A DNA stretch of 61,071 nucleotides, filler included, from Dugesia japonica (GCA_001938525.1; 5 parts of 5 records of this genome joined end to end with filler, not necessarily neighbours in it), one strand, 5' to 3'; shown: positions 25,970 through 39,226, counted from the first letter of the whole stretch. Numbers and translations: made by a program. Notes: generated from the letters alone by a model not told the origin.

Positions 25970-28020
25970 AAAGGCCATATACAAATTATCTGTATTTCTT
26001 TAAGGAAGAATATTTTGATTTATTTTTTTATCTTTTGATTCTATTTGAGAAGCTTAATTTGACTAGATTTATTCTTAAGTTTTAATATTGAAATGCTTTT
26101 GGGGTTGTTGCAAAAGCAAATCAGCAGTTAAGTGAGTTTATGTAAATTTTATAATAATTGATAACCAAAATATTTGTTGAAATGCTCTTGATTATATCAA
26201 GTCAACAACTGCGTGAATTTTAGAATTTTTGGTATTATAGTATAGGTATATTAAAGTTCATTATATAATCTTAATGTATTTACTTTAGATATAATAATAT
26301 AGTTATAAGTATTCTATATTCCTTATTATTATTATCCTTATATAATCAATAATATTTTTTTAAATAATTTATTGATTTACAACAAATACAAACTAAATTT
26401 TAAAAGTGTTACTATTTTTACTCTAGTTGTTCAGCTTCAGAAGCCAAAAACTGTTGTACAACTTTAAATAGAAGAGGGTAAAAATTCTAATTACAAGTTT
26501 TATTAATACTATTTTGCAAACCGGTGGGTTGGTAACACACCTGATGTTTATAAAATATTTTTTTAAAATTTACCGTAATTTTCCTACAAAAATCAATAAA
26601 ATGGAATACGCTATTTATGCAATATAATAAATTTGTAAAAACAAGGTATACTTTTTGATAAAAATTTGCTATACTGTTAATCGATTATTAAAATTTACAA
26701 TACAGTAAATCAATAAATAAAAATTAATAGTTGAATAAGTTTAATCAAAGCAGGAAGATTCCAGGCGCCTTTAGGTCATTTTGTGCGGAACAAAGATATT
26801 GTATTTCATTCAGTTTTTGAGAAGACTCTGGATCGTTTGAAGAATGATCCCATAAATTAATAAACATTTTAAAAATTGACATGTCATTAAATTAAATTGG
26901 ATTTTAAAAAATCAGATTACGATTATTTTAATATTATGTAAGTATGTAAAATAATTTGATTAACAAGCCTATTTCTTCAAGTAATTTTTATATTATTGTC
27001 AGATATTTTCCACCACTAACACCATTACAATCACCATTACAATGCACAAAAGGTTCTTTCATAGTATTCATCCAATAAAATAGCACTGGAAACAAAATAT
27101 AAAATAATTTGCGAAGATTCAAAAACTTTATTATAACTTTAAAGAAGCAAATCGAAAAACTAAAAGATTAGAAACCAATTTTCCAACAAACCAACAGATT
27201 TTTAATCGAAGTGATCAATTTAATGAAAACTACGTTAATTTAGGGTAAGCGCTTGTTAACGACGCAGTATAAAAAGATTCCCTAAAAATCAGAAGATAAA
27301 CTTTTTTGTAAATACATAATTGACAACCATTTTTTAAAATGGTTTTTATTGTAAATAAATAGATATTTTAAAACAGATGTCAAAGTTCATTCAAAAATTT
27401 TGCTGCATTTTTCTCCATGAATTTGAAGTATAGTTATATAAAGTTTTTGATGATGTTAAATTGTGTTTCAATTAGTAGTATTATGGTTTATTATTTTTGA
27501 AAAAATTCACGCACTATATTAGTATCTAAGAATCAGGTATTATATTTTGGAAATTGTATCATATACAATGAGTATTNGTCAATTTTATATTTAAATATCC
27601 ACAATTTGATGTGAAGATTTTATGTATCACCATAGATGAGATGGCAAAAATATTTAATCCTAAGTTTTCTACAAAATTTTAATTACAATATATTTAATTT
27701 GATTTAGGAACTTTCACAATATAAAAAAACTGTTTTCAATATTTAGTTAATATCAGTATTATGTAATAAATTTTGTTAAATATATCGTAAGTTTCACGTA
27801 TGTTTAAATTAATCAGTTATTAAATTAATTTTGCAAATGAAATTAAGTTCCGATAGTAATTTTATATAATAAGGTAAATCGAAGTTTATTGCAGTGCAGA
27901 TATTATCAAGTAATTAATCTGAAGTAAAAAAGTCTTCTATTATTTATTAACTTAGTTATATTTAAATCATAGTTTTTTGCTTGTTTATATTGTTTTTTGT
28001 TTTTAGGTTTGATCTAAGGC

Positions 28021-31000
28021 ATGTCTACAATTTTATGCATTTCTGAAATCGAAGAACCTATTATATTTCAAACAAGTTTAACAGTAAGTGTAAAACAACA
28101 ATATAATATGTATTGTGTTTTGGTTAAAGATTATTTTATCTTATTTAAAAAGCCATCTGATATAATATCCTTCAAAAGACTTCCTATTACTAATAAAACG
28201 AATATAGAATTGGATAATTCTCAAAATAGTTTATCAATTTCTATAGGATCAAACAAATATACTTTTATCAGTACTGATATTGCATTGATTGAAAATTTGT
28301 TTGATGAAATTACATGTCTTATCAATAATTACATAAGTCCAAAACCATTAATTGATTATGAATATGCTGAAGTGAAAATCGATCAGATTGGATCATCTAG
28401 TGTTTATATTTTAATGGGCCGTGAAGATTATCATTTGTTTATCTATGAGAATCTCGATGAACACCAAAACAATATCGTTTCACATATTATCAATTGTAAA
28501 TTCTATTCTATCGAAAATGATTCAACTCATTCTATCGTGAAATCTTTGAAATTAATAGGTAAAAATCAAACATTTAAAATCAATTTTAAAGACGACACAA
28601 TCGTTGCCGATTGGAAAAGTTTATTTTCAAAATCATTAAATTCAGCTTTTAATGATGACGACTTTAAAATATTAACCGATATTTACGATAATGAATCGAA
28701 CAGGAGTTGTGCAGATTGTGGTAGTCCAAATCCAGAATGGGTTTCGATTAATTTGTTCGTAATTGTCTGTATAAATTGCGCTGGAATCCATAGATCACTC
28801 GGTACATCGGTTTCTCGAATTCAAAGTGCAATTATCGACAAACGAATTTGGGAAAATTCGAATCTAGTAGAAATCATGAAAGAAATCGGAAATGAGAAAT
28901 TGAATTCATTTTGGTGTAGAAATAAACCGAAATCAATTGATAATAAAAACAGTATCAATTCGATTTTATCGGATAATACGATATTCATTAAAGAGAAATA
29001 TCTGATGAAAAAATATATCGATCATGAATTCATCGATAATTCTGACGAAGAATTAAAAGAAAAATTGAAATTATCAGTTGGAACAAACGATCTGTTTTTA
29101 ACAATGCGATTATGGAACTCGATAAATTTCGATTATAACTCGGATTTCGTTGAGAAATTGTTGGAAATATCGAGAAATTCTCAACAAAATCTACAACAAG
29201 AATTTCTATCTGTACAACCGTTGAATAAATCGATTTTAAACACGCATAATTCGATTGTAATCAGTGAAAATGTATTGCAAATCGCTATTAATAATAATAA
29301 TAATTCAGAAAAACTCAATAATTTATTTCTGGTGTCCTTATTGAATAATTGTATATCGATTAAAGTCGAAAATTGCTCTGTAACCCCTATTGAATTAATA
29401 AACGTTTGTTGTATTTATTTTGATAGTATCGATTTAGTTTGGTATGATTATTTCAATAATGAAAATCTAATTATATCCGTTAATCCAGCGAGTAATTTCC
29501 ATAGAATTATCGGTAAAATCTCACTCAATAATTACCAGCAGATCGATGTAGATCGATTTGCATTTTTCAGCCAATCAAAACCGGTTTTAAAAAACTTGAA
29601 ATTTGATTTACTGAAATTATTGATTCCTAATGATAATAAAATAATCAATATTAACAATGATGAATTGACTTTATTTATCAATGTAGACGTGAGAAAAAAT
29701 TTCGAACGTTTCTCGAAATGTAAATGTTTCGTAACAGATCATGAAATTATTTTCTTGTCGCCGTTTTCTATGTTGTATGATTTGAAAAAATCGGAAAAAT
29801 GTGTTTTAATCGATGATAAGAAATCCATTCTGATAAAATTTAAAGTCGATGAACTCGAATTGATTACAACTGGGGTTGAAAATCAGAAAATCATTTATAA
29901 TTGTCTGGAAAAGGGAACGAAATCCAGTGAATTATTGAAGGATCCAATTGATAAAATGATTTTCTTTATCAGTTCTCGGGGTTTAAAATCAGAAGGAATT
30001 TTCCGAATTGGTGGAGCAATTAAAAAAGTAGATGCGCTTTTTAAAACTATAGATAATAAATCCACCAGTTTTACTATTGATCCTAACGTTTACAATGTTA
30101 ATGATGTCGCATCTTGTTTGAAGAAATATTTCCGATCACTTGATGAACCGATAATTAGTTGCGATTTATTTGACAAATTTAAAAGAGCTTCAATCGAACC
30201 AAATGAAAATGAGAAACTTCTTCTTTATAAAGAAGGATTATCACATTTACCACGTGATAATTATTTAGTTTTCCGTAAATTACTCGAACTGTTCTTCATG
30301 ATTCAAATGCCGATTAACCGTAATCGAATGGATAGTTCGAGTTTATCGATTTCCGTTTCTTCGTCTTTCATTTCTTTCGATAATTCCAACATACAAATTA
30401 ATAGTAATATAATGCGAGATCTCATTGAGAATTTTTTCTTTTTGTTTGACTATTCGAAAACCGAATCGGAAATATTGAGAAAATTCGTTGAAGGTCCAGA
30501 CAATGTTGATCAGAATATCATCAGAAACTTTTACGTTCATCCGAAATTGAAAAACAACTTAACGATTAATAAATTCGATAATGGAAAACTGAACTTTCTT
30601 GAACGGGAAATCAATTACATCATCATTAATATCAATATAAACAAATGTGTTGTTGTTAAACACGTTTATGAATTGTTTTTCAATGATTGTGGAATGCAGT
30701 TATGGCATTTTCTAACGAAACGATCGGGGTTTTCGTTGAAAACTATTAAAAGATTGATTTATTTGAATGATGGTATAACTCATTCGATTCTTTATCCGAG
30801 AACTATATTGAACTATGATAGTTATTTTGTTTTTCTAATAAACCCTCAAAATATAAATTCTACTGTGAGAAGATTGTTTCAGTGTGAAGTGAAATTGAAA
30901 TCAGCGGAAAAATATCAAGATTTCACTTTAATGATGAGTTTTCCGACTTCTCTGCAATTTTTCGATGATAAAAGTCATTCTCTTGACCCAGTTTATAATT

Positions 31001-31155
31001 TTCTACTGTCAGATATTATCGTTTACAGATTCCATACGAAAAGTATTAGTAAAATTTTTATTCTGTTCGGTACCAACGGTTTTATAAAGGTTAAATTTGA
31101 TAATTTCGACCTCTTAAAAGAATTTTTATGTATTTATGATCAATTCAGAAATTAA
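28021..31155 (+). CDS. ARAP: ARAP (centaurin-delta)-like protein with PH-like regions, ArfGAP and RhoGAP
   Basis: ArfGAP zinc finger CADCGSPNPEWVSINLFVIVCINCAGIHRSLG. RhoGAP GLKSEGIFRIGG...DVASCLKKYFRSLDEP. 1044-aa open frame with an in-frame TAA just upstream of the ATG. Confidence 0.9.
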   Translation: MSTILCISEIEEPIIFQTSLTVSVKQQYNMYCVLVKDYFILFKKPSDIISFKRLPITNKTNIELDNSQNSLSISIGSNKYTFISTDIALIENLFDEITCLINNYISPKPLIDYEYAEVKIDQIGSSSVYILMGREDYHLFIYENLDEHQNNIVSHIINCKFYSIENDSTHSIVKSLKLIGKNQTFKINFKDDTIVADWKSLFSKSLNSAFNDDDFKILTDIYDNESNRSCADCGSPNPEWVSINLFVIVCINCAGIHRSLGTSVSRIQSAIIDKRIWENSNLVEIMKEIGNEKLNSFWCRNKPKSIDNKNSINSILSDNTIFIKEKYLMKKYIDHEFIDNSDEELKEKLKLSVGTNDLFLTMRLWNSINFDYNSDFVEKLLEISRNSQQNLQQEFLSVQPLNKSILNTHNSIVISENVLQIAINNNNNSEKLNNLFLVSLLNNCISIKVENCSVTPIELINVCCIYFDSIDLVWYDYFNNENLIISVNPASNFHRIIGKISLNNYQQIDVDRFAFFSQSKPVLKNLKFDLLKLLIPNDNKIININNDELTLFINVDVRKNFERFSKCKCFVTDHEIIFLSPFSMLYDLKKSEKCVLIDDKKSILIKFKVDELELITTGVENQKIIYNCLEKGTKSSELLKDPIDKMIFFISSRGLKSEGIFRIGGAIKKVDALFKTIDNKSTSFTIDPNVYNVNDVASCLKKYFRSLDEPIISCDLFDKFKRASIEPNENEKLLLYKEGLSHLPRDNYLVFRKLLELFFMIQMPINRNRMDSSSLSISVSSSFISFDNSNIQINSNIMRDLIENFFFLFDYSKTESEILRKFVEGPDNVDQNIIRNFYVHPKLKNNLTINKFDNGKLNFLEREINYIIINININKCVVVKHVYELFFNDCGMQLWHFLTKRSGFSLKTIKRLIYLNDGITHSILYPRTILNYDSYFVFLINPQNINSTVRRLFQCEVKLKSAEKYQDFTLMMSFPTSLQFFDDKSHSLDPVYNFLLSDIIVYRFHTKSISKIFILFGTNGFIKVKFDNFDLLKEFLCIYDQFRN

Positions 31156-31839
31156 TTTTAGAATTTTTATTTATTTATTTATTTATATATTGCAAATGTG
31201 TTTTATATATGAAGCTGATATTATTTTGATTTTCATTTAACAAATAAATTTGTGTGGTTTTCTAGTTGGCTTTTGTTTAATGGATTTGTATTGATTTGCA
31301 AGCGTGTAAATATCATTAGTGTGATCAGTATCAATTAATTAATGCATATTTTATACTATTCAGACTATCAAATGGATTTCACTAAATCTCATTCCACAAC
31401 AAAATTGAAAATCAATAATATTTACACACGCGATAGTTAGTTGATAAAGTAAGTTTCAAATTTGGTTTTTTCCAAAAATATTTGGTTTCGTTATTGCTAA
31501 TCGTAATGAATATTAGGTTCAATTAATACATAATTTTCTTTTGTTTTCCTTTGATTTGGATTCATTATTCGAATTTCTACAAAATTTAGCATTGTTTATT
31601 GTTTCAAAGTTATTTTATTTGCACACTACCTATATGGATAAAAGTTTTGTTAAGTGTCGATTTTTATTCATGATTTTAATTTGTTGATTAAGGGTATCCA
31701 TCTTAAGTTCGAATTCTTTTAGTAACTCTGTATTTTTATAGTGTATGGATGCTTCGTTTTATTTTGGTTCAGAGAGCTAGAGTGTACAAAGCTATCAGAG
31801 TAAAAAAAATTGGAATACGCGGAGCCAACGAGTAAAGTT

Positions 31840-32105
31840 TTCGATGAATTCAAGGTAGCAAACATGACAATTTCGGTCTTTTCCCCCTATTAGAGAAGGA
31901 AGTTCAATTTAGATAATAATGTCAGTTCTGATACAATCAGAGCGGTGCAATCACAAATAGATAAAGACGGAAGACAAAGAGTAATTGCCATGAAAAGGCG
32001 TATTATGTCGTTCAGAAAGAGCTAATGTCGGTTTATAATAAGTTTGCATACATTTTAAGCGCTGCCTATATTAGAATAGATGTAAGCTCACAACGGACCA
32101 TTTAT
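31840..32105 (+). mobile_element. Gypsy RT-connection/RNase H fragment
   Basis: SQIDKDGRQRVIA, QKELMSV, HFKRCLY, LTTDH. Confidence 0.65.
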
Positions 32106-32281
32106 GTAGAAATTAATTCCTTCCATATTATTTTTGTCATTTCTGTTTGTAATTTGGTTTTTAGTTCTGTTAGTTTTATTTTGATTTTTTAATTATTTCT
32201 TCTTACTGCTACCACAGCTCTTTATTTGTAGTACTGTTGGGCTGGAACGCCAAATTTTTATTTTTATTTTACAAAGGAAAA

Positions 32282-34007
32282 AATGGTAGCAAAGATAGCA
32301 AAAAAGTTGAAGAAGAAGAGACTTTGCGGAAAAGAGAGATTATACAAGAAATTAAGTAGATCGAGTAAAGAAAAACAGAGATCGAGTTGATGCAGTTGGA
32401 AATTACGCGGGAGTTACAAATCTAAATTATCAAAAACCGGTAAATTATACAGTGAATAGACATGTGGAGCAAAGAAAGGAAAAACAAAAAATGGAATGTT
32501 GGTAATTTCATAAGATCGGTCATACTAAAGCAAATTGTCCGACAAAAAAAGTAGTAGAGTGCTGGAGTTCTTATAAAACAGGACATATGAGTCGTGATTG
32601 TCCAAATAAAAATCCAATAAAATTTTTTGGTTGTGGAAAGGTTGGCCATATTAGAAGGTTATGTCAAGAAGTGAGGTGTAAACAATGTGGTAATGGTGGA
32701 CATAGAGCAGAAGAGTGCTACACAAATTTAAAAGNAAAAAGAACAAGTGAGAAATTTATGACTGCACAAATATCAAGAAACCAATATAATCGAGTACATG
32801 CTATTGAAGATGAAGATGTCCGAACAAACGATGGATATGAGTAAGTATATGAAAGTGATTCCAAAAGACAGTGCTCCAGCAGTAGAGAAGTTAGTTGGAG
32901 CCATCCATTGTTAAATGAAGTTTGTAATTATCCTCAAGTGGTCGAAAAGTGAGATGATATCGGAAAAATTACAGAAAATGTATACAGGTTTTAAAAGAGG
33001 AAAGGTTTTGCGGATGATAGAAAAGTAGAATGGGTTTGAAAAGTTGATGCAGAAAAGAAAACAAATACTTCTTACCATAAATTGCAAGGCAGACCAAGTG
33101 TTAAGATATCGATTCAAGGAAATAAAGTAGAATGTCTATTAGATACAGGGGCTCGAATTAACGTGATGAGTCAGAGTTTTTTTAATAAATTACAAAAAGT
33201 AAATTTAGAAATGATTGATGAAAATTGCGTTGTGCAAATAATAGTACACATCTAACAAAACACAAAATAATCACAAGTGGTNAACCAATCAATGTAAAAC
33301 CGTATAGACAACCAATGAATTTGAAATCTAAAATTGAAGAAGCTATCCAAAACCTTCTCGAAAATAATATTATCTGGAAATGCAACTCTACATGGAAAAA
33401 CCCACTGATCTGTGTTTGGAAAAAGGAAAAAAAAGACAAAAGAATATGTTTGGATTTCAGACAATTGAATGCAGTAACGAAAAGACAAGCCTTTCCTATG
33501 CCTAATATCGATGAAATGCTGGACAAGTTAGATGGAGCCAAATATTTAGTTCAATAGATTTTGGAAAAGCATACTATCAGGTAGAGTTCGAAGAAGAATA
33601 TCAAGAAAAAATGACGTTTTCAACGAAGCATGGACAATATTATTTTAATATAATGCCATTTGGAATCGCAGCGGCACCAGAGACATTTNNNNNNNNNATG
33701 ACAAATGTGGTAGGCGGAATCACTGGAGCTCTGGTGTATCTTGATGACATCCTGATATTTACCCACAATAAAGATAAACACTATGAAGTAATTGAAAGAG
33801 TGTTGATCGAAATAATGAAGGCTGGTCTAAGAATCAATACAGAAAAGTGTCCGTTTCTTCAAAACGAAATCACCTTGCTCGGACACATAATTAGCAGAGA
33901 TGGTGTTAGAACTGATCCGTCTTAAATAGAAGCTAAGAACATTTGGCAAACCTAACTGTGTGAAGAAGTTACGAAGTTTCTTGGGAATTTATAATTATTA
34001 CAGGAAG
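32282..34007 (+). mobile_element. Gypsy gag (multiple CCHC knuckles), protease and RT, pseudogenised
   Basis: GCGKVGHIRRLC, CKQCGNGGHRAEEC, CLLDTG, ICLDFRQLN, MPFG, VYLDDIL. Runs into the contig end. Confidence 0.95.
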
Positions 34008-34051
34008 NNNNNNNNNNNNNNNNNNNNNNNNNNNNNNNNNNNNNNNNNNNN

Positions 34052-34063
34052 TTAATTAATTAA
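34052..34063. other. Artificial contig linker
   Basis: TTAATTAATTAA embedded in Ns. Confidence 0.95.
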
Positions 34064-34479
34064 NNNNNNNNNNNNNNNNNNNNNNNNNNNNNNNNNNNNN
34101 NNNNNNNTATATATATATATATATAATCTAAATATATAATTAAATTTACTTTTTCAAATATTCTCTTCCTTGAGGATTAACCTGTTTTCTTATTGTAATT
34201 CATTTTTATCTAAATAAAATAACAATAAATCTAAAATAAATTAATAAAGAAAAACTTACAAAATTGTTGATAATTGTTATTGTTTTAAAATTTAGAAATT
34301 AAATTGTGACAAAAATTAATCAATAATACTTTTTTGTACACTAGTTTATAAAGAAACCAATAAGATTGTGAGAAAATTTTAAAATACCACAACGCAACAT
34401 ATTGTTGCATTAACAAATTATTAGTCATGAAAATAATAAAGACTAATTAAAAATAAAAAAAATAAAGACATTTTTAATT

Positions 34480-34890
34480 TTATACATTTATTAATATATA
34501 ACATACATTTTCAACTACAATTTTGATATTTATTTACATGAATTTCACTCATAATGTTGATTTTTTAAACATAACAGACAATGTTGACCACAGGTCTTTG
34601 TAAACGGATTTTGAATTCTAATTTTATTATATACAATTGGTTTTGATATTCTTGAGAGATGCGAGACCAACATTTGCGGATAATAAAAACCAATCGGATC
34701 AAAACTAATATTTTCATAGGTTTATGGTTAACTGCTATCCAATGTTCTCCATCGAGATTTGATGTGTGTGTATTGACGATTATGGCTTTATTAACTGGAA
34801 AGTATGGAAGCTTGTCTAGTGGATACACTCTTAACCATGTTGATCCAAGCACTTTTTTCCGATTTGATTAATCTGAATAGAACTATTAAA
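34480..34890 (-). pseudogene. Adenain-like (adenovirus-type) cysteine protease
   Basis: IIVNTH...GEHWIAV (His), FDPIG (Asp), IQNPFTKTCGQHC (Gln, Cys), read across frameshifts. Confidence 0.88.
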
Positions 34891-34983
34891 GTAAAAAATC
34901 AATTATATAATTAGGTATACTTTATAACATATATTGATTATAACATATATTGTTTACACTTATGCCTTTTAATCCAAGTTCGG

Positions 34984-36181
34984 TTAAACCAATACCGTTC
35001 TATTGACGTTAATTTGAATTTCCTTTTCAAATACTCTATTTATTACTACATATGCTGGTACGGACAAAGTTTTTTTCAAACTTTATATCCAATCATAAAT
35101 TACCTTGTTGCGTTAATTGACTTTGAGTTATATCGAAATCCGGAGCCAATACAAATGTAAAGAATGGATACTTGCTTTTTAATTCTTCAAATGTGATTCC
35201 GCAATCCAAATTCTTATTAAAGTATCCCATGTTTCTAACTATAGATTAGATCTATGTCATACTATAATCTTCCTTTTCAAAATCTTGGATATATATCTCT
35301 CGATAATCCGACATGTTTAAATGTTGAAATTGAGCTTTTATAGCCATCATTTAATTGTTCTTCACTTTGAAATGTGATTAAAATAAAGTTAGGCAAACGA
35401 CGATCACCAAATATTTGCTTCTTATGAAATGAAGAACTATTTTTATTAATAGCAAAAGCAACTATTTCCTTGTTTCTTATTGGGTACACTGCATTTTGCT
35501 TATTTAATTCAATTTAATGACCAGTCAATACAAAGGGATCAACTCATACGCGTTTAGCCATTAATTTTGCATCCATATTTTTATATCTAGGTTCATCAGT
35601 TCAAGATTCCAAACATATTTCAAAAGATTCTCTTTTCATTCGAATTTGAAAATTAACTCCAGGAATAAGATATTTTGGTTGATCCATAAATTCGAGTTGT
35701 ATTGATTCCCACAGAGACAATGATTTCTTTATACTCTTTTTTCTATTTGCTTCTGTTCCATATTCAATCTAATAATAAAGATTTTACTATCACCATTATA
35801 ATTCAGTATAGTTTCAATGAATACTTTTTGAATATAAGTTTCATTTCCACCTTCAATTTTGTAAGTATTAAATATCAGAATTACATCTTTTAACAAGGTG
35901 TGAAACATATAGTAGTTAGGCACCACATCTAACTTCTCATCCAATTCCTTTCCAGCCTTTTCAACTGCTTTTACTTGTATAGACAACAGAGTATCATTCA
36001 AATCTACATATTTAGTTTGTGAACCATTTATAATAAAAACCACATCATTTTTTGGATCATATATTAAATTCATTGGAAACACATCTTCAAACGATCCATA
36101 CTCAATAACCTCTTGGAGAGATGGTCGGTCGAAAATACGCAAGTCAGTTTTTCGCAAATCATTAATCGAATATAGTTCCAT
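34984..36181 (-). pseudogene. Major capsid protein (double jelly-roll), frameshifted
   Basis: DLRIFDRPSLQEVIEYG, YVDLNDTLLSIQVK, FMDQPKYLIPGVNFQIRMKR, YPIRNKEI, RLPNFILITF and FTFVLAPD follow the Polinton MCP motif order over about 400 codons. Confidence 0.82.
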
Positions 36182-36596
36182 GTCCTCTCATTCGTTTGTT
36201 TATACCTGATGATCTTGATTTCTTACATTTTTTATTATGTTTTGTAGGTTGTTTTGTTATAGTATTAGTTATACTATTGGGTATCTTGTTAGCTATGCAT
36301 GTTGGCAGCATGTTTGCTACCTTCGGTATCATATTAGTTACGCCAGACGGTAATGAAGACATTACATTTCGAAGCTTAGCTAATGCATTTGATTTTAGGG
36401 ATGATAGTATGTTTCCGTTATTTGCCAGCACATCCTGAGCAGTTTTCCCACCAAATAAACCAAAACGTTTAACAATCGGCAAAGCATATCTTTCAATTGT
36501 TTGCAACCAACCAGATCCATACTGTTTTCCAATAAAGTATGGCAATTCACCACCAACTTGACCGGTACTATACAATGCTACCATTTCAGAATTCAT
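36162..36596 (-). CDS. Conserved Polinton/adintovirus glycine-motif protein between minor and major capsid genes (putative core or membrane-active virion protein)
   Basis: Y...QVGGELPYFIGKQYGSGWLQTIERYALP, basic tail, MRGHG..IF end. Frame still open. Confidence 0.7.
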   Translation of the reverse strand: MNSEMVALYSTGQVGGELPYFIGKQYGSGWLQTIERYALPIVKRFGLFGGKTAQDVLANNGNILSSLKSNALAKLRNVMSSLPSGVTNMIPKVANMLPTCIANKIPNSITNTITKQPTKHNKKCKKSRSSGINKRMRGHGTIFD

Positions 36597-37637
36597 TTAT
36601 TTTTCGAAAATGTAATGTTAAATGAGTTTTTGTATCTTTTGGAAACAAAATTAATTGTTCATTATCATCAGTTATAATTATTTCTATATTGTTTATACGT
36701 GATGTAGAAATAGGCAAATACATGGGATTATCAACAATTATTTGAACCACTTTATCATTTTCTTCGTTATTCATCCAAACTGTTTTCAAAAGAGGAACAT
36801 TTACATCACCTACAATTATCGGTTCGACAATACTACTACATATCAACATTTAATTATGACACTTTAGTAGTTTAGGTTTCTTAATACTCTTGAGTATTTT
36901 ACCTGGTACATTGATGTTAGTTCGAATATATTGCGGTGTTTCTAATCCAAGAGTTTTTCTCAAGGTTGAATGGAATGCAATACTTCTAATTTTATCTCCT
37001 ATTTCTAATTCCATTAACTAATCAGGCTTTAATGTGAATGATTTAAATAGTTTTGAACAGTTTTTATTAATATATTCATTTAATTGATTTAAATCTTTTA
37101 TGAATAATTCATTCTAAAATTGAAATGTATGATCACTTACAGTAAAATAATAGAGTCATCGTTTTTAAATGGTTGCATGTTAATAGAAAATTGATGGTCA
37201 AAATAATGGTTAATTGTTTTATTTAAATTAAATCTCTTTACATTTTCCTCACTATCAATTGACAAAACACTCTCTGAACTAACCGTACTATTATTATTAT
37301 AAGATGTAATCGTATTTCAATTCGAAAATATATGGGTTTCAACACCACTAAATTTTGGCTGTGGTCCTACATAATATAAACTGATTGACTTGTTTTTATT
37401 GTCAATAGAAACAATTATTGCTCTTGTTATAAGATGAAATTCTTGATATTGAATCGTGACGTCACTATAATACGGAAAATGAAAATATACATATGTGAAA
37501 TCCATCATGGCTACTTCCCAATTACCTTCCAAGTAAATCGGATTTTGAAACTCAACATTAAACTTACTAGCTGTATTGTTCGGATAAATAAGAGGACTAC
37601 TATTACTTGGTAAAAGTGTAAAGAAATTGTTGTTTAT
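36586..37637 (-). pseudogene. Minor capsid (penton-like) protein
   Basis: N-terminal FFTLLPSNSS..YPNNTASKFNVEFQNPIYLEGNWEVAM and C-terminal IVEPIIVGDVNVPLLKTV...PMYLPI...LTLHFRK. Confidence 0.85.
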
Positions 37638-37644
37638 TGTTGAT

Positions 37645-38666
37645 TTATTGCGATGCAGATATCCAACTAGGATTTTATAACCATGCCACTTTACATAATA
37701 TTGTTTATTCTGTTTCGTACCCTTTGACCTTATAACATTTTCAATTTTGAATACTGATGGCAGATGAATTACTTGTAGCTCCTATTCATAAAACCTTCCC
37801 TGCATAATATTATTCTCATAATCTTTAATGACATACATGACAGGATTTTGTTTGGTATTGATTTTAAATATTTGAAACACCTCATCACTCTCATTAGTAT
37901 TGAAATTCTTGATGAATTAAGAAGTCAATATCTTTAAAATTCTAACGTGGTCACCAACTTTAAGTTTTGGTTTTTTAATTGCTTTCTTATGTTGTCGTGA
38001 GAGCCACAGTTTTAATTGATTATTTGAACTTACATCAACTGGTCTTTCTCCATTTAAACCCATATGACTTGAATTATTGTAACTATAATTTAGTTTCGGC
38101 AATTATTCATGTTTTATTACCAATATACACAAAATATTTCTTCAAAACATCTCTCAATGTACGATTAAATCTCTCGACATGTGCGGCTTTGTACTGACTA
38201 AATACAGTATAATGATTTATTTTTAAATGCGATGGTAGATTTTTGACTTAAGAAATATAAAATATCTTACCCAAATCTGTTTATAAATTATACGGGTGTC
38301 CATTTTTAAACATTAATTTTATTGCAGCTTCAATATCGGGTGCGGATCTTGATTTGACTGGAACTGTTCTTGCAAATCTGTTTAATGCATCAATACAAGT
38401 CAAAATATATTTGTTTCCTTTATTGATTTTTGAGTATGGAATCATTTCCATTAAATCTATTTGCCATAAATCGTCAATACCATATGTTTTATATGCTCTC
38501 GTTGGAAATCTTTTCAGCATTGGCTTGCTCAGACTGTACGCTAACTGGTTTGATAACCACTTATTTGTTTTGCTTTTCGATTTTGGTGCGGTTTTCATCA
38601 ATTTTCTATGCCACGAAAACTTGCTTTGCTTTTTAGATCCGTCCATATCGTCTGCAGTTTGCCCAT
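37645..38666 (-). pseudogene. Retroviral-type (rve) integrase with C-terminal chromodomain, copy B
   Basis: MGKLQTIWTD, WLSNQLAYSLSKP, WQIDL, YILTCID, AAHVERFNRTL, LKVGDHVRI, GRFYE, KQYYVKWHGY..SWI. Confidence 0.9.
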
Positions 38667-38732
38667 TACAACAATTTGATGAAAATTTGAAATTAAAATT
38701 AGGTAGTGATTGTAAAGCACCCATTGTTTTTT

Positions 38733-39055
38733 TAAAATGAGTCTAGCCTAATGCGGCTAATGAAATTGGTAATAAAGCAGCAATAAAACCACCATCTTGT
38801 TTATCTATTACGTTTCTCATCAATCTCTTGTTCATAGTATTTACAAGCGATACTAACAATTTTTTATATTTTTTCAAGACTTATTCTCTATTTTTGCTTA
38901 CATTTACATTACCATTTACAATATTTACAAAAAAGTTCAATCAAATCATCAATAACATAGGTTGGAAATTATTGCAAAATTTTCATTCTTTTTTGTTTTG
39001 AAGATTTGAGAAATGCTGCAAAAAATGGAATTATTCTTTGTAAATAAATTACATA
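38733..39055 (-). pseudogene. Small Polinton protein with QxGGF and amphipathic C-terminus, copy B
   Basis: VNIVNGNVNVS...LKKYKKLL...KQDGGFIAALLPISLAALG. Confidence 0.7.
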
Positions 39056-39226
39056 CTTGTTGATTGTTTATTAAACATATTTTTGAACTGATTTTTGATT
39101 TTCTTTGTCAGGTTCTTGTTTTACTTTTGAATGCTGCTTATTATCCGAACGTTATTTAGCTTTTGGATTGGTTTGCTCTTGTTTAACTATAACATTTGTA
39201 AATTTCGTCGTTTTGTAACAAAATAA

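Noticed and set aside
38281-38724. 147-aa ORF suggesting a natural myristoyl-leader/integrase fusion
   Set aside because: Comparison with copy A shows the canonical integrase start (WTDPKNPAG..GVDKL) in another frame. The fusion arises from a 1-nt deletion near 38605.
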